Source of the DNA: Escherichia phage PHB12
Strand: one strand, 5' to 3'
DNA: 64,000 nt
Sequence record: MK524178.1
The position numbers and the translations under genes are program-made. How positions within the stretch are numbered: the first letter of the stretch is position 1; the number at the start of each line of letters is the position of its first letter. Below the pieces are notes generated by a model that had not been told where the DNA came from, made no database searches, and saw only the letters and a program-made list of their open reading frames with translations. Positions 1-9,867 of the stretch are shown here, piece by piece.

Positions 1-622
1 AACAGAGATAAAGAGACTTCATTAAATCACGCTTGGTGTTAAACATTATTTCTTCGTACATCTCAATATCATTCTGCTGGCATGAGCCTATTGAACACTC
101 ATAATCTTCCTTAGCATTTTCCCAATGACGAGTCTTGACTAGAACATCATCGTAATATTTACCTATTGATTCAGCTCGTTTCATGATTGCTTCGTCTAAT
201 ACAATCTCATCAAATACTTTGGATGGATCGGTATAAAGATTTCGCATAATATGAGTATACGAACGAGAGTGAATAGTTTCACTGAATGTCCATGTTGCAA
301 CCCATGTATCTAATGAAGGGTCAGAAATCAGTGCCATAAGTACAGCAGATGGGGCCCTGCCTTGGATAGAATCCAATAATGATTGATACTTAAGATTGTT
401 TGTAAAGATGTCCTGTTGGAACTGAGGAAGCTTATTGAACTGCGCAGAGTCCAACATCAAGTTTACCTCTTCAGGGCGCCAGAAAAATGACAAGGATTTT
501 TCTATAAGTTCTTCAAAAACTTTATGACGCTGAATATCGTAACGTGCGAGACCAAGACCAGAACCAAAGAACATCGGTTCATTCAAAACATCGACTTGTT
601 GTGTGTTAAAAACTGTACTCAT
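1..622 (-). CDS. nrdB: Ribonucleotide reductase small subunit, N-terminal part (ORF runs off window start)
   Basis: ATG at 620-622 on minus strand; translation MSTVFNTQQVDVLNEPMFFGSGLGLARYDIQRHKVFEEL is class Ia RNR beta-like; lies directly downstream of nrdA as in T4. Not in the supplied ORF table because truncated. Confidence 0.85.
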   Translation of the reverse strand, partial: MSTVFNTQQVDVLNEPMFFGSGLGLARYDIQRHKVFEELIEKSLSFFWRPEEVNLMLDSAQFNKLPQFQQDIFTNNLKYQSLLDSIQGRAPSAVLMALISDPSLDTWVATWTFSETIHSRSYTHIMRNLYTDPSKVFDEIVLDEAIMKRAESIGKYYDDVLVKTRHWENAKEDYECSIGSCQQNDIEMYEEIMFNTKRDLMKSLYLC

Positions 623-675
623 TATATTTTCTCACTTAGTTTAACTCATCCATGAGTAAATTATAATCAAAAGTC

Positions 676-2931
676 TTAAAGCTTACAAGCAGAACAATCT
701 TCAGCTTTAGGTGTTTCTAATTCGTAGTCATCTGTACCTGACCCGTCGCGAGTGTTATGATAGTAGAGATTTTTTCCGCCAAAGTACCAGAAGTAAAGCA
801 GATCGTCAAGCATTACTGACATTGGCACTTTACCTTTCTCAAATACTGCAGGGTCATAGTAAGTATTAGCAGAAGCAGATTGGCATACCCATTTCAACAT
901 GATAGCAACTTGGGTCAAATAAGGTTTATTACCTTTCTTAGCAAGTTTCCACGCGTAGTCGTAAAGACCCATGTTATGTTCTATATTAGGAACAACCTGA
1001 CGGAAGTTGCCTTCTTTAGATTCTTTAATACTTACTGGGCCGCGTGGGGGCTCAATCCCGTTTGTAGAGTTTGATACTTGACTGCTTGACTCACAAGGCA
1101 TGAGTGCAGACAACGTTGAGTTACGAATTCCGTGTTCTTTGAGTTCAGCTCGAAGTTCTTCCCAGTCACAGACGTAGTTCGGGGCTGCAATTTGGTCAAT
1201 CTTTTTATTGTACCAGTCGATAGGTAATTCGCCTCTAGACCATTTAGTGTCTGAATAATACTCGCAACATCCTTTTTCTTTGGCGAGTTTGATTGAAGCT
1301 TTGATAAGGCCATATTGCAATCTCTCAAACAATTCATGAGTCAAATCGTTAGCGTCTTCATATGAAGCAAAGTTAGAAGCTAACCATGCAGCATAGTTCG
1401 TCACACCGACACCGAGATTTCGTCGCTTTTTAGCTTTTAAAGCTTCTGGAACCGGATAATCTTGATAGTCTAACAGGTTATCAAGTGCACGTACTTGTAC
1501 TTCAGCAAGTTCATTAATTTTATCTTGGTCTTGCCAATCAAATTTATCTAATACAAAAGCAGATAACGTGCATAAACCAATTTCAGCATCAGGACCATTC
1601 ACATCATTAGTTGGAATAGCGATTTCACAACATAAGTTACTCTGACGAATTGGAGCTTTTTCACGAATAAACGGAGTGTAGTTATTCGTGTTATCAACAA
1701 ACTGTGGATAAATTCGAGCAGTACCAGAACGTTCAGTCATGAACAATTCAAAGAGTTCTAGTGCTTTGATTCTTTTCTTTCTGATTGTTGGGTCTTTTTC
1801 AGCTTTCTCATAAAGCTCACGGAATTTATCTTGATCTTCAAAGAATGAGTAATATAGTTCGCCTGACATTTCGTGAGGGCTAAATAAAGTAATATAATCA
1901 TTTTTACCAAGGCGTTCCATCATAAGGTCATTAATCTGAATTCCGTAGTCCATATGTCGAATACGGTTTTCATCCACACCTTTGTTATTTTTCAGAACTA
2001 ATAGGTTCTCTACTTCTAAGTGCCACATCGGATAATACGCTGTAGCAGCACCACCACGAATACCGCCTTGAGAACAAGATTTTACTGCGGTTTGGAAATG
2101 TTTCCAGAATGGAATAACACCTGTATGTCGAACTTCACCCGTACCGATCTTAGAACCTTCTGCACGAAGCATACCAACGTTGATACCGATACCAGCTCGT
2201 TTAGAAATATATTCAATAATTGATGCTGAAGTTTTGTTAATAGATTTTAACGAATCACCGGCTTCAATAACTACACAACTAGAGAACTGGCGAGTTGGAG
2301 TACGAGCACCTGCCATAATTGGGGTTGGCAATGAAACTTGATGAGTAGAAACGGCATCATAAAAACGAATAATATGTTTCAAACGGTCATGAGTTTCGTC
2401 TTGGTGTAAGGCCATGCCAATAGCCATGATAGCAAACTGTGGAGTTTCATAAATCTTCCCAGTTGTTTTATCTTTAACTAGATATTTTTCTTTAAGCTGC
2501 ATAGCACCAGCATAAGTCAGGTCAAAGTCTCGTTCATGTTTAATCTGTGAATCTAGATAAATGATTTCTTCTGCCGAATATTGAGACAACAGCTCAGGGT
2601 CGTATTTGCCTTCATTAACACAGTAAGAAATATGGTCGATAAAAGCAGGCGGTTCAAACTGCCCATATACATCTTTACGAAGTGCAAACATTAGCCCTTT
2701 GGCAGCGACATACTGATAATCAGGTTCTTCGACAGAAATCAAGTTAGCTGCAACTTTAATACAAATCTTCTGAATATCTTTGGTGCTCATCCCGTCAACA
2801 AGATGGGTCTTAATTTCTTCGTACAATTCATATGGGTCAATTTGTGTTCCTTCACACTGCCAAGTTAAGACTTGAATAATTTTCTGTGCATCAAAATTTT
2901 GGGATACCCCACTGCTCTTAGTTACTTGCAT
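676..2931 (-). CDS. nrdA: Ribonucleotide reductase large subunit (class Ia)
   Basis: 751 aa; N-terminus MQVTKSSGVSQNFDAQKIIQVL and C-terminal CSACKL tail typical of NrdA; T4 synteny (td-nrdA-nrdB); SD AGAGGAC upstream. Confidence 0.95.
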   Translation of the reverse strand: MQVTKSSGVSQNFDAQKIIQVLTWQCEGTQIDPYELYEEIKTHLVDGMSTKDIQKICIKVAANLISVEEPDYQYVAAKGLMFALRKDVYGQFEPPAFIDHISYCVNEGKYDPELLSQYSAEEIIYLDSQIKHERDFDLTYAGAMQLKEKYLVKDKTTGKIYETPQFAIMAIGMALHQDETHDRLKHIIRFYDAVSTHQVSLPTPIMAGARTPTRQFSSCVVIEAGDSLKSINKTSASIIEYISKRAGIGINVGMLRAEGSKIGTGEVRHTGVIPFWKHFQTAVKSCSQGGIRGGAATAYYPMWHLEVENLLVLKNNKGVDENRIRHMDYGIQINDLMMERLGKNDYITLFSPHEMSGELYYSFFEDQDKFRELYEKAEKDPTIRKKRIKALELFELFMTERSGTARIYPQFVDNTNNYTPFIREKAPIRQSNLCCEIAIPTNDVNGPDAEIGLCTLSAFVLDKFDWQDQDKINELAEVQVRALDNLLDYQDYPVPEALKAKKRRNLGVGVTNYAAWLASNFASYEDANDLTHELFERLQYGLIKASIKLAKEKGCCEYYSDTKWSRGELPIDWYNKKIDQIAAPNYVCDWEELRAELKEHGIRNSTLSALMPCESSSQVSNSTNGIEPPRGPVSIKESKEGNFRQVVPNIEHNMGLYDYAWKLAKKGNKPYLTQVAIMLKWVCQSASANTYYDPAVFEKGKVPMSVMLDDLLYFWYFGGKNLYYHNTRDGSGTDDYELETPKAEDCSACKL

Positions 2932-3227
2932 ATGTCCTCTATATTAAATTCATCTTTAAAAAGTTTATTAACCACTAGAGCTATTATATCACCATGACAG
3001 GCTTTTGGTTTACATGTGCATCCTAATCGCATCCCACGTAAAGGTTCAAGATGAGCTTTTGTGATTTCTCCACTTCTAATTCTTTTAATAAAATCCTTTT
3101 TGAAAAGCTCAATAGCTTCTTCTCGAGAAGAGGCATCCTTGCCTACATAATTTCCCCAGAATGTGCCACGATGAATATTAACATCAAAATCTGATTTGTA
3201 TTTATTCACTACGCGGCATATTTTCAT
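2922..3227 (-). CDS. Hypothetical Cys/His-motif protein (nrdA.1 position)
   Basis: 101 aa ORF, 10-bp overlap with nrdA start; motif CTCKPKACHGD; same strand and packing as neighbours. Confidence 0.5.
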   Translation of the reverse strand: MKICRVVNKYKSDFDVNIHRGTFWGNYVGKDASSREEAIELFKKDFIKRIRSGEITKAHLEPLRGMRLGCTCKPKACHGDIIALVVNKLFKDEFNIEDICK

Positions 3228-3445
3228 GTTACGTCAACCTCAAACCAACAGTCATAAACATTATCCAAAAGATTATGCTTATTATATTCATACACCTTTG
3301 TAACAGAGAGAACTCTCTCTTCAAAGCCGTCAACATTAATTGTCTCAGTTTTAATAGGGAGCTCAAGAGGATTAGCATTATAAAGTTCAGCTAACACCTT
3401 TTTACTACCATGTCCTTTACGAACAATACGAATATTGATACCCAT
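3224..3445 (-). CDS. Hypothetical protein
   Basis: 73 aa ORF, 4-bp overlap with downstream gene; operon-like packing. Confidence 0.4.
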   Translation of the reverse strand: MGINIRIVRKGHGSKKVLAELYNANPLELPIKTETINVDGFEERVLSVTKVYEYNKHNLLDNVYDCWFEVDVT

Positions 3446-3693
3446 TAGTTACGTTCCAATTCTTCGTATTCTTTAGGTGTCAAGACTGTGATATCGAAAT
3501 AAACCAACGGTTCTTTTTCTATACCGTAACCACCACAAAATTCACGATATTCATAAATTCGTTCATGTGAATAGCAAATGAATCGTTCACCTTTAACTGT
3601 GATTTCACTATTCGGTGAAGGGATATCCAGTTCGGTAGGATTTTTCATTTCAAAAATTGTGGTGCCATATGAATTAATAAAACGTAAAATCAT
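3445..3693 (-). CDS. Hypothetical protein
   Basis: 82 aa ORF abutting td stop; overlap coupling to next ORF. Confidence 0.4.
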   Translation of the reverse strand: MILRFINSYGTTIFEMKNPTELDIPSPNSEITVKGERFICYSHERIYEYREFCGGYGIEKEPLVYFDITVLTPKEYEELERN

Positions 3694-4554
3694 TTATACC
3701 GCCATTTTAGCTTTGATAGTTGGATGAGATTCGTAATTTTTAAGAACGAAATCAGAATGTGTCATCGTTCCAGTAACCCAGTCCATTTGGATTTTTGTAG
3801 GCCAATTCTCAAAATTACTAGGCCAATTAATTTCAAGAGAACATAACTCTTTAGGTTCACGACGAAGAACTTCTTTGCATTGCTCTACATGATTGCTGTA
3901 GATATGCGTATTGCCGCCTGAGAACACTAAATCACCTGGGATAAGGTTACACATCTTCGCTACAATATGCGTCAAGGCAGCGTACGAGGCGATGTTGAAC
4001 GGCAGGCCCAAGAAAACATCTACACTGCGTTGATACCATTGTAAATCAAGATGTCCATTACGCACATTAAATTGATAGAACATATGACAAGGAGGAAGAG
4101 CCATTTGGTCAATTTCGGCAGGGTTCCATGCAGAAACTATTTGTCGACGATCATTAGGAAGAGCTTTAATACGGTCGATAGTTTTGACCAATTGGTCTAC
4201 ACCACCAAAATCACGCCATTGCTTACCATAAATAGGACCAAGTTCGCCGCTATGATATCCAAGGTCTTTTGCCTGATTTTCGTAGTTATCGTCCCAAATA
4301 GTTTTACCTTGAATAAGACTACCATGAGTACGAATACGCAAATCATTAACATTGGTAGAACCAGACATGAACCATAATAGCTCTGCAATACAAGCTTTCC
4401 ATGCTAATTTCTTAGTTGTTACTGCAGGAAATCCTTTAGTAAGGTCCCATCGCAATTTAGTTCCGAATAGAGCAATAGTGCCGGTACCTGTACGGTCGTC
4501 TGTTTCGTAGCCATTTTCTAAGATATCTTTAATCAAATCTTGATATTGTTTCAT
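3694..4554 (-). CDS. td: Thymidylate synthase (uninterrupted, no intron)
   Basis: 286 aa; MKQYQDLIKDILENGYETDDRTGTGTIALFG and catalytic PPCH motif; the same length as T4 TS as I recall it, in one continuous ORF. Confidence 0.95.
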   Translation of the reverse strand: MKQYQDLIKDILENGYETDDRTGTGTIALFGTKLRWDLTKGFPAVTTKKLAWKACIAELLWFMSGSTNVNDLRIRTHGSLIQGKTIWDDNYENQAKDLGYHSGELGPIYGKQWRDFGGVDQLVKTIDRIKALPNDRRQIVSAWNPAEIDQMALPPCHMFYQFNVRNGHLDLQWYQRSVDVFLGLPFNIASYAALTHIVAKMCNLIPGDLVFSGGNTHIYSNHVEQCKEVLRREPKELCSLEINWPSNFENWPTKIQMDWVTGTMTHSDFVLKNYESHPTIKAKMAV

Positions 4555-4569
4555 TTAACACCTATATAA

Positions 4570-4929
4570 TCAATACGGTTTAGCATCAAATTTTCTTTCG
4601 ATTTCAGGCGTGAAATATAGTTCTTTACCACGCTTAGAAAAGCGACCGATAATATGATAATTATTTTCGTCGAATGTGATATTACCGAGGTCCATAGCTT
4701 TTAACCAATCATCAATACTTCTGTGCAGTTTTATATCAAAATTCCAGTATTGAGAACTATTACCACGGATACTACAAGCAGATTCGGTAAAACAACTACT
4801 ATAAATCTTGTCTTTAGGAACTACTAATTGATAGACGCCTTTAATAAACTGAGGACCTTGCCACTTTGGCTGTTTCGCATCTTCTTCTAATAGAATAGGG
4901 TAATAATTAAAATTCATATTTTCCGCCAC
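4570..4929 (-). CDS. Hypothetical protein
   Basis: 119 aa ORF between frd and td. Confidence 0.45.
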   Translation of the reverse strand: MAENMNFNYYPILLEEDAKQPKWQGPQFIKGVYQLVVPKDKIYSSCFTESACSIRGNSSQYWNFDIKLHRSIDDWLKAMDLGNITFDENNYHIIGRFSKRGKELYFTPEIERKFDAKPY

Positions 4930-4937
4930 GTGTTATT

Positions 4938-5767
<830 letters not shown>

Positions 5768-5775
5768 ATTATCTC

Positions 5776-6111
5776 CTAATATAAAGGATCGGGAACATAT
5801 CCACTAGCTTTAATCATTTTAATTAACGTTAACATTCCTTTATTAACTGCTCGTGAGATTTCATCAAAAACTTCATCACTAAAAAGTTCTAACACACCCT
5901 TCTGAACTTTTAATTTACAACCAACAATTTCGTCATCGCCTATAGTAAATTCGTTTCCGCCAATTCCACCGAAAAACTTAATCACGCCAGTTAACTGTCT
6001 TCCACGAGAATATGGGTCGTGTGATAAAGTAATATGAGTCACCCCAGGTACAGTTTTAAATTGGCAGCGAATGTTTACTTGGGAAATTCCAGTTACATGA
6101 ATGACAGACAT
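5776..6111 (-). CDS. Hypothetical protein
   Basis: 111 aa ORF in tight minus-strand array. Confidence 0.45.
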   Translation of the reverse strand: MSVIHVTGISQVNIRCQFKTVPGVTHITLSHDPYSRGRQLTGVIKFFGGIGGNEFTIGDDEIVGCKLKVQKGVLELFSDEVFDEISRAVNKGMLTLIKMIKASGYVPDPLY

Positions 6112-6121
6112 AATATTTTCC

Positions 6122-6379
6122 TCAAACAGACTTTTTCACAATTTTCCAATCAGCTTTAAACTGTTCAACATCAGAATGGTAAATCCAGAATCCTGCGCTT
6201 TCTCCATCCTCATAAAGAGGGCATCTATCACATTCATCTTCCCATCCCATATCACGTAAAGCTTCTTCAGCTTGTTCAAGGAGTTCAGCGTCTTTACCAA
6301 CGATGTTGAAGTACCATTTACCTCTAACTTCAGAATCTTTGATGCTCTGGCGTTGCAATCTCATTTTATTCTCCTTCAC
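6122..6379 (-). CDS. Hypothetical protein
   Basis: 85 aa ORF; early promoter-like element immediately upstream (6397-6426). Confidence 0.45.
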   Translation of the reverse strand: MKENKMRLQRQSIKDSEVRGKWYFNIVGKDAELLEQAEEALRDMGWEDECDRCPLYEDGESAGFWIYHSDVEQFKADWKIVKKSV

Positions 6380-6396
6380 TTTTATTTGATAGGGCT

Positions 6397-6426
6397 ACTA
6401 TAACATAGCCCTATCTTGTTATAAAC
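6397..6426 (-). promoter_or_regulatory. Early promoter
   Basis: Minus-strand GTTTAT, 18 bp, TATAGT, embedded in a palindrome GATAGGGCTA...TAGCCCTATC. Confidence 0.5.
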
Positions 6427-6818
6427 TACTTTTTAAAAGTTTTTTGCAAAAGTTTGATGATTTCGTCGACGTTGGTTTCATCTACGATACAATGTATTTT
6501 TGTTACACCTAAAGCTATACCTTTGTTAGTAGGTTGAGACTTTACTAAATCTACCTCAGTAAAGTATTTGAACTCATCATAATAAATCTCAAAGTAAGTT
6601 TCAATTTCACCAGCGGCAGAACATACAGTACCGTCTTCCATAGTTACACTTACTACGTTTGGCGTATCGCTATCATAATCAGGTTCCATTCCGTTTACAA
6701 CAAAACTAGGCCCGTGGAGTTCAATCAATTTTAACATCTTAGCGTTATTGTGTGGTGCTTCTTGAACAAAGTCGTCTTTAAACAAAGGGTTAATGATATA
6801 AGATTTTCCGATTTCCAT
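6426..6818 (-). CDS. Hypothetical protein
   Basis: 130 aa ORF; early promoter-like element upstream (6848-6876). Confidence 0.45.
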   Translation of the reverse strand: MEIGKSYIINPLFKDDFVQEAPHNNAKMLKLIELHGPSFVVNGMEPDYDSDTPNVVSVTMEDGTVCSAAGEIETYFEIYYDEFKYFTEVDLVKSQPTNKGIALGVTKIHCIVDETNVDEIIKLLQKTFKK

Positions 6819-6847
6819 TTTGATTTCCTCATGTTGTTGATAGAACT

Positions 6848-6876
6848 ATAATATCACATCTAGAGAAGAAGTAAAC
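6848..6876 (-). promoter_or_regulatory. Early promoter
   Basis: Minus-strand GTTTAC, 17 bp, TATTAT just downstream of the gene 32 terminator. Confidence 0.6.
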
Positions 6877-6907
6877 AACTTTTTTGGCAATTTACAGATA
6901 CTCAAAA

Positions 6908-6925
6908 GGGAGACCGAAGTCTCCC
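6908..6925 (-). terminator. UUCG-tetraloop terminator after gene 32 (GGGAGAC-UUCG-GUCUCCC then UUUUG)
   Basis: Perfect 7-bp stem, UUCG loop, U-run; 7 nt after gene 32 stop. Confidence 0.7.
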
Positions 6926-6931
6926 AATTTA

Positions 6932-7831
6932 TTATAGACCAGCTAACAGGTCATCGAGGTCGCCATCGTCAGAAGACGAGGAACTCATGAAGTCATCTTC
7001 AGTTTTTGCAGAACTAAAGGCTTCCATGTCTTTATCAAAATCGTCAAGGTCAGAAGCAACTTTATCTGCAACAGAAGCTGCTGCGGCTGCTGCACCACCA
7101 AGAGCGGCAGTACCAAGAACTTGATTAAATTTAGTATTCAATTCTTCAAACGATTTGAACTTATCTTTAGAAGTCATTTCAGAAAGGTCAACCATTTGTT
7201 CGAACAATTCTTTCTGGAAAGATTCATCATCAATGTTTGGAATCGCAGATTGATTCAGGAATTTAGATTCGTCGTAGTTACTAAAACCAGAAACCTGTTT
7301 AACTTTCAGCACAAAGTTAGCACCTTCCCATGGGCAAGTTACATCAACGGGAGTTTCACCCATTTCAGTATCGACTGCAATCATTGCATTGATTTTGTCC
7401 CAAATCTTTTTACCAAAACGGTATTTGAATACTTTACCTTCATTATCTGGAGCTTGTGGGTCTTTAACAACCAGGATATTAGCCCAATAAGAAGTTTTAC
7501 GTTTCAGTTGAGAATATTCTGTTTTGTTTGTATTGTACAGATCATTTTTACTAATGTACTGACATACCGGACAAGAGTCATAATCGCCGTGTGTAGATGA
7601 ACAGGTTTCAATATACCATTTACCGTTTTTCTTGAACCCGTGGTTAACAAGAATTGCAAACGGAAGTGCGTCATCTGTTTTTGCCGGCAGGAAACGAATT
7701 ACCGCTTGACCATTACCGGATGCATCGAGTTTCAGCTTCCATTCACCTTTATCTTCTGAAGAGAAACCTTTGTTACCATTCAGTTTAGCCATCTGAGCTG
7801 CGAGGTCTGCGGTACTTTTACGTTTAAACAT
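6932..7831 (-). CDS. 32: Single-stranded DNA-binding protein gp32
   Basis: 299 aa; [36 protein letters not shown] and acidic C-terminal tail [21 protein letters not shown] match T4 gp32. Confidence 0.95.
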   Translation of the reverse strand: MFKRKSTADLAAQMAKLNGNKGFSSEDKGEWKLKLDASGNGQAVIRFLPAKTDDALPFAILVNHGFKKNGKWYIETCSSTHGDYDSCPVCQYISKNDLYNTNKTEYSQLKRKTSYWANILVVKDPQAPDNEGKVFKYRFGKKIWDKINAMIAVDTEMGETPVDVTCPWEGANFVLKVKQVSGFSNYDESKFLNQSAIPNIDDESFQKELFEQMVDLSEMTSKDKFKSFEELNTKFNQVLGTAALGGAAAAAASVADKVASDLDDFDKDMEAFSSAKTEDDFMSSSSSDDGDLDDLLAGL

Positions 7832-7905
7832 TTTATTTGCCTTTATTTAGATTATTAATTAAATTTTACAGTTGGTTGCTACGACACTTATACCTCGTAG
7901 CTGGT
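7832..7905 (-). promoter_or_regulatory. Gene 32 mRNA leader: stem-loop plus A/U-rich tract (candidate gp32 translational operator)
   Basis: Minus strand: hairpin GCUACGA-N10-UCGUAGC (7878-7901) followed by AU-rich UUAAA/UAAA repeats up to the ATG, as described for T4 gene 32 autoregulation. Confidence 0.5.
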
Positions 7906-7911
7906 ATGTTT

Positions 7912-7919
7912 TATTTATA
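7912..7919 (-). promoter_or_regulatory. T4-type late promoter (TATAAATA) upstream of gene 32
   Basis: Minus-strand TATAAATA about 80 nt upstream of gene 32 ATG. Confidence 0.55.
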
Positions 7920-7948
7920 AAGTAATTTTAACACACAAGAAATAAAGC

Positions 7949-8602
7949 TTAATACTTACATGATTTGATTGTTTCTATGAACAATTTCTTAGCAGCATTT
8001 CCATCGATTTGAAGTATTTTTCGATATGCCTTTAATTTGGTAGAATAATTTTGCCAGACTAAGTTATCGGTGAGTTCGTCGTGCTTATCTATAATATTCA
8101 AAAATGAGTCCAACAATAAGAAAGTCTCAAATGAAATTATATTGCTTTGTAGCAATTTGAATATGTAGCTCGACTGAACGTTGTTATTATAATCAAATAT
8201 CTCTTGAAGCGCACTAACTTCAACTTTCTTACTGAAATAGTAGATGTTACGTACGTCTTCAGCAAACGTCTCCTTGGCTTGTTTGAGACGTCCAATATAT
8301 TCCCTATAGAAAACTAATGCATCAGCGTCTGATATCTCACCAATCCATGCGTCTTGGTTAGCAACTAAGTTGCTTATGAATATCAAGGTGAGTTCCTTCA
8401 ATTTATATTTCTCTGCTAGTTTTTCAAAGAAATATTTATCTCGGCGTTTTTGATACGCATTATCCGAAACACGCATGCACCAGTTATATTTGATTACGTC
8501 ATACCGACCACCAAAGTGGTTTTTGCACATCAAGTATAGTTTATATACTGATTTACCGTTAATATAACGTTCTCCGTCAGGAGGCATGCGTATTTTAATC
8601 AT
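7949..8602 (-). CDS. 59: Helicase loader gp59
   Basis: 217 aa; MIKIRMPPDGERYINGKSVYKLYLM; near-identical in length and sequence pattern to T4 gp59. Confidence 0.95.
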   Translation of the reverse strand: MIKIRMPPDGERYINGKSVYKLYLMCKNHFGGRYDVIKYNWCMRVSDNAYQKRRDKYFFEKLAEKYKLKELTLIFISNLVANQDAWIGEISDADALVFYREYIGRLKQAKETFAEDVRNIYYFSKKVEVSALQEIFDYNNNVQSSYIFKLLQSNIISFETFLLLDSFLNIIDKHDELTDNLVWQNYSTKLKAYRKILQIDGNAAKKLFIETIKSCKY

Positions 8603-9278
8603 AGTTCCATCCAGGCCATTTTGAAGATTTAAGTCTATACGTAACTAGAGATGCAGAAATATTAAAAACATCCGAAACTTCTGTGCATGATGAGTATTTT
8701 ATACCATCAATAATTATAGGTTTTTGTTTTTTAATAGTTCTTTCTTTAGAATGCGGCTTTGAATTTGCTATTCTAAGAGCTTCTTTGGTTGAATCAGGCA
8801 TCGGCTTATTCGTTTTTCGCCCTTTTCGGACTTTACTCAAAGCTAATTTATGAGCTTCAGATAGTTTCTTACCCTTATTAGGGGATGGTATTTTTCTTTC
8901 TAATCTGGTTTTAGATACTTTAGCCTTAGTCTCTTCAGATCTAGGTTTACCTAATTTAGAAAGTGAAATAGCCCTTTTAGCTTCATCACTTTGTTTTTTA
9001 CCAGGGCCACCTTTACCACCGGGAACTAAGTTATAAGTATCAGTTCGCAAAACAAAATCTTCATTAACCAATTCTGCTTCTTTTTTATAGGCGTCCTTGT
9101 CATTATCATATTCATAAAGAATTTCGGTATAAAAATTTTTTAGTCCATATTTAGCTTTGGCCGCTAATATAGCGCGGCCTGATCCAATATACCAATCTTT
9201 CTCTTTATGTTTTTTGTGTACGCCTATATAAATTTTACCATTTATTTTATTGGTAGTTTTATACACAACGTATTTCAT
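8595..9278 (-). CDS. Free-standing GIY-YIG homing endonuclease (Seg-like)
   Basis: 227 aa; GIY-YIG module YVVYKTTNKINGKIYIGVH...YIGSG, Lys-rich NUMOD-like linker, C-terminal DNA-binding-like region; ATGA overlap with gene 33 stop; 8-bp overlap with gene 59. Confidence 0.8.
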   Translation of the reverse strand: MKYVVYKTTNKINGKIYIGVHKKHKEKDWYIGSGRAILAAKAKYGLKNFYTEILYEYDNDKDAYKKEAELVNEDFVLRTDTYNLVPGGKGGPGKKQSDEAKRAISLSKLGKPRSEETKAKVSKTRLERKIPSPNKGKKLSEAHKLALSKVRKGRKTNKPMPDSTKEALRIANSKPHSKERTIKKQKPIIIDGIKYSSCTEVSDVFNISASLVTYRLKSSKWPGWNYD

Positions 9279-9613
9279 AATAAGAAATCTAACGTATTAG
9301 TTTTTTCACCACGAGCAACTGATGGGCGAAGCATGTTTTCGTCAATTGCTTCGCTTGTAATTTTTTCAACAATTCCTGTAGGAATAAATTTAGCAAATTG
9401 TGTTTCTGGAATAGAATTTTCTTCCAAGAAAGCAGTTGTTGCTTCTAAATAAGACATACCAAATTGTTCAACCATGGATTCGATAATGAATCCATTTTCT
9501 TGTCGGTCAAGCAATTTAGCGATATCATCTTTATCGTGTTTTACTGCTAATTCTTGTTCAGATAAACCGGCCTCATCAACCGGTTTAATATCACTTAGTG
9601 AAAACTGTGTCAT
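9275..9613 (-). CDS. 33: Late transcription co-activator gp33
   Basis: 112 aa; MTQFSLSDIKPVDEAGLSEQELAVKHDKDDIAKLLDRQENGFIIESMVEQFGMSYLEATTAFLEEN matches T4 gp33. Confidence 0.9.
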   Translation of the reverse strand: MTQFSLSDIKPVDEAGLSEQELAVKHDKDDIAKLLDRQENGFIIESMVEQFGMSYLEATTAFLEENSIPETQFAKFIPTGIVEKITSEAIDENMLRPSVARGEKTNTLDFLL

Positions 9614-9860
9614 AAAGCTCGACTACCTCTTCGTTTTCAGCTTCAAATTGGTCACGAGCGTCTTTATGATAAAGAGCTAACAAACGATTAAACATTTTTC
9701 CATCGACGCCAAGCTCTTCTTTAGCACGAGTACGAATGTCTTTAATCAGTTCATTATAACCAGAAATTTTAAGTTTGTTATCGGAAGCTTCCTTGACTAG
9801 TTTAGCCAGTTCTTCACCATGCACATCTTGATTAAATTCAACTGCTTCTTTCTTAGCCAT
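9591..9860 (-). CDS. dsbA: dsDNA-binding protein DsbA (late transcription)
   Basis: Start at internal ATG giving MAKKEAVEFNQDVHGEELAKLVKEASDNKLKISGYNELIKDIR, 89 aa, T4 DsbA-like. Confidence 0.85.
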   Translation of the reverse strand: MAKKEAVEFNQDVHGEELAKLVKEASDNKLKISGYNELIKDIRTRAKEELGVDGKMFNRLLALYHKDARDQFEAENEEVVELYDTVFTK

Positions 9861-9867
9861 GTTTACC

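Noticed and set aside
7121-7600. 159-aa plus-strand ORF
   Set aside because: Lies entirely antisense within gene 32, whose product is unambiguous; AT-rich antisense frames commonly stay open by chance; no SD.
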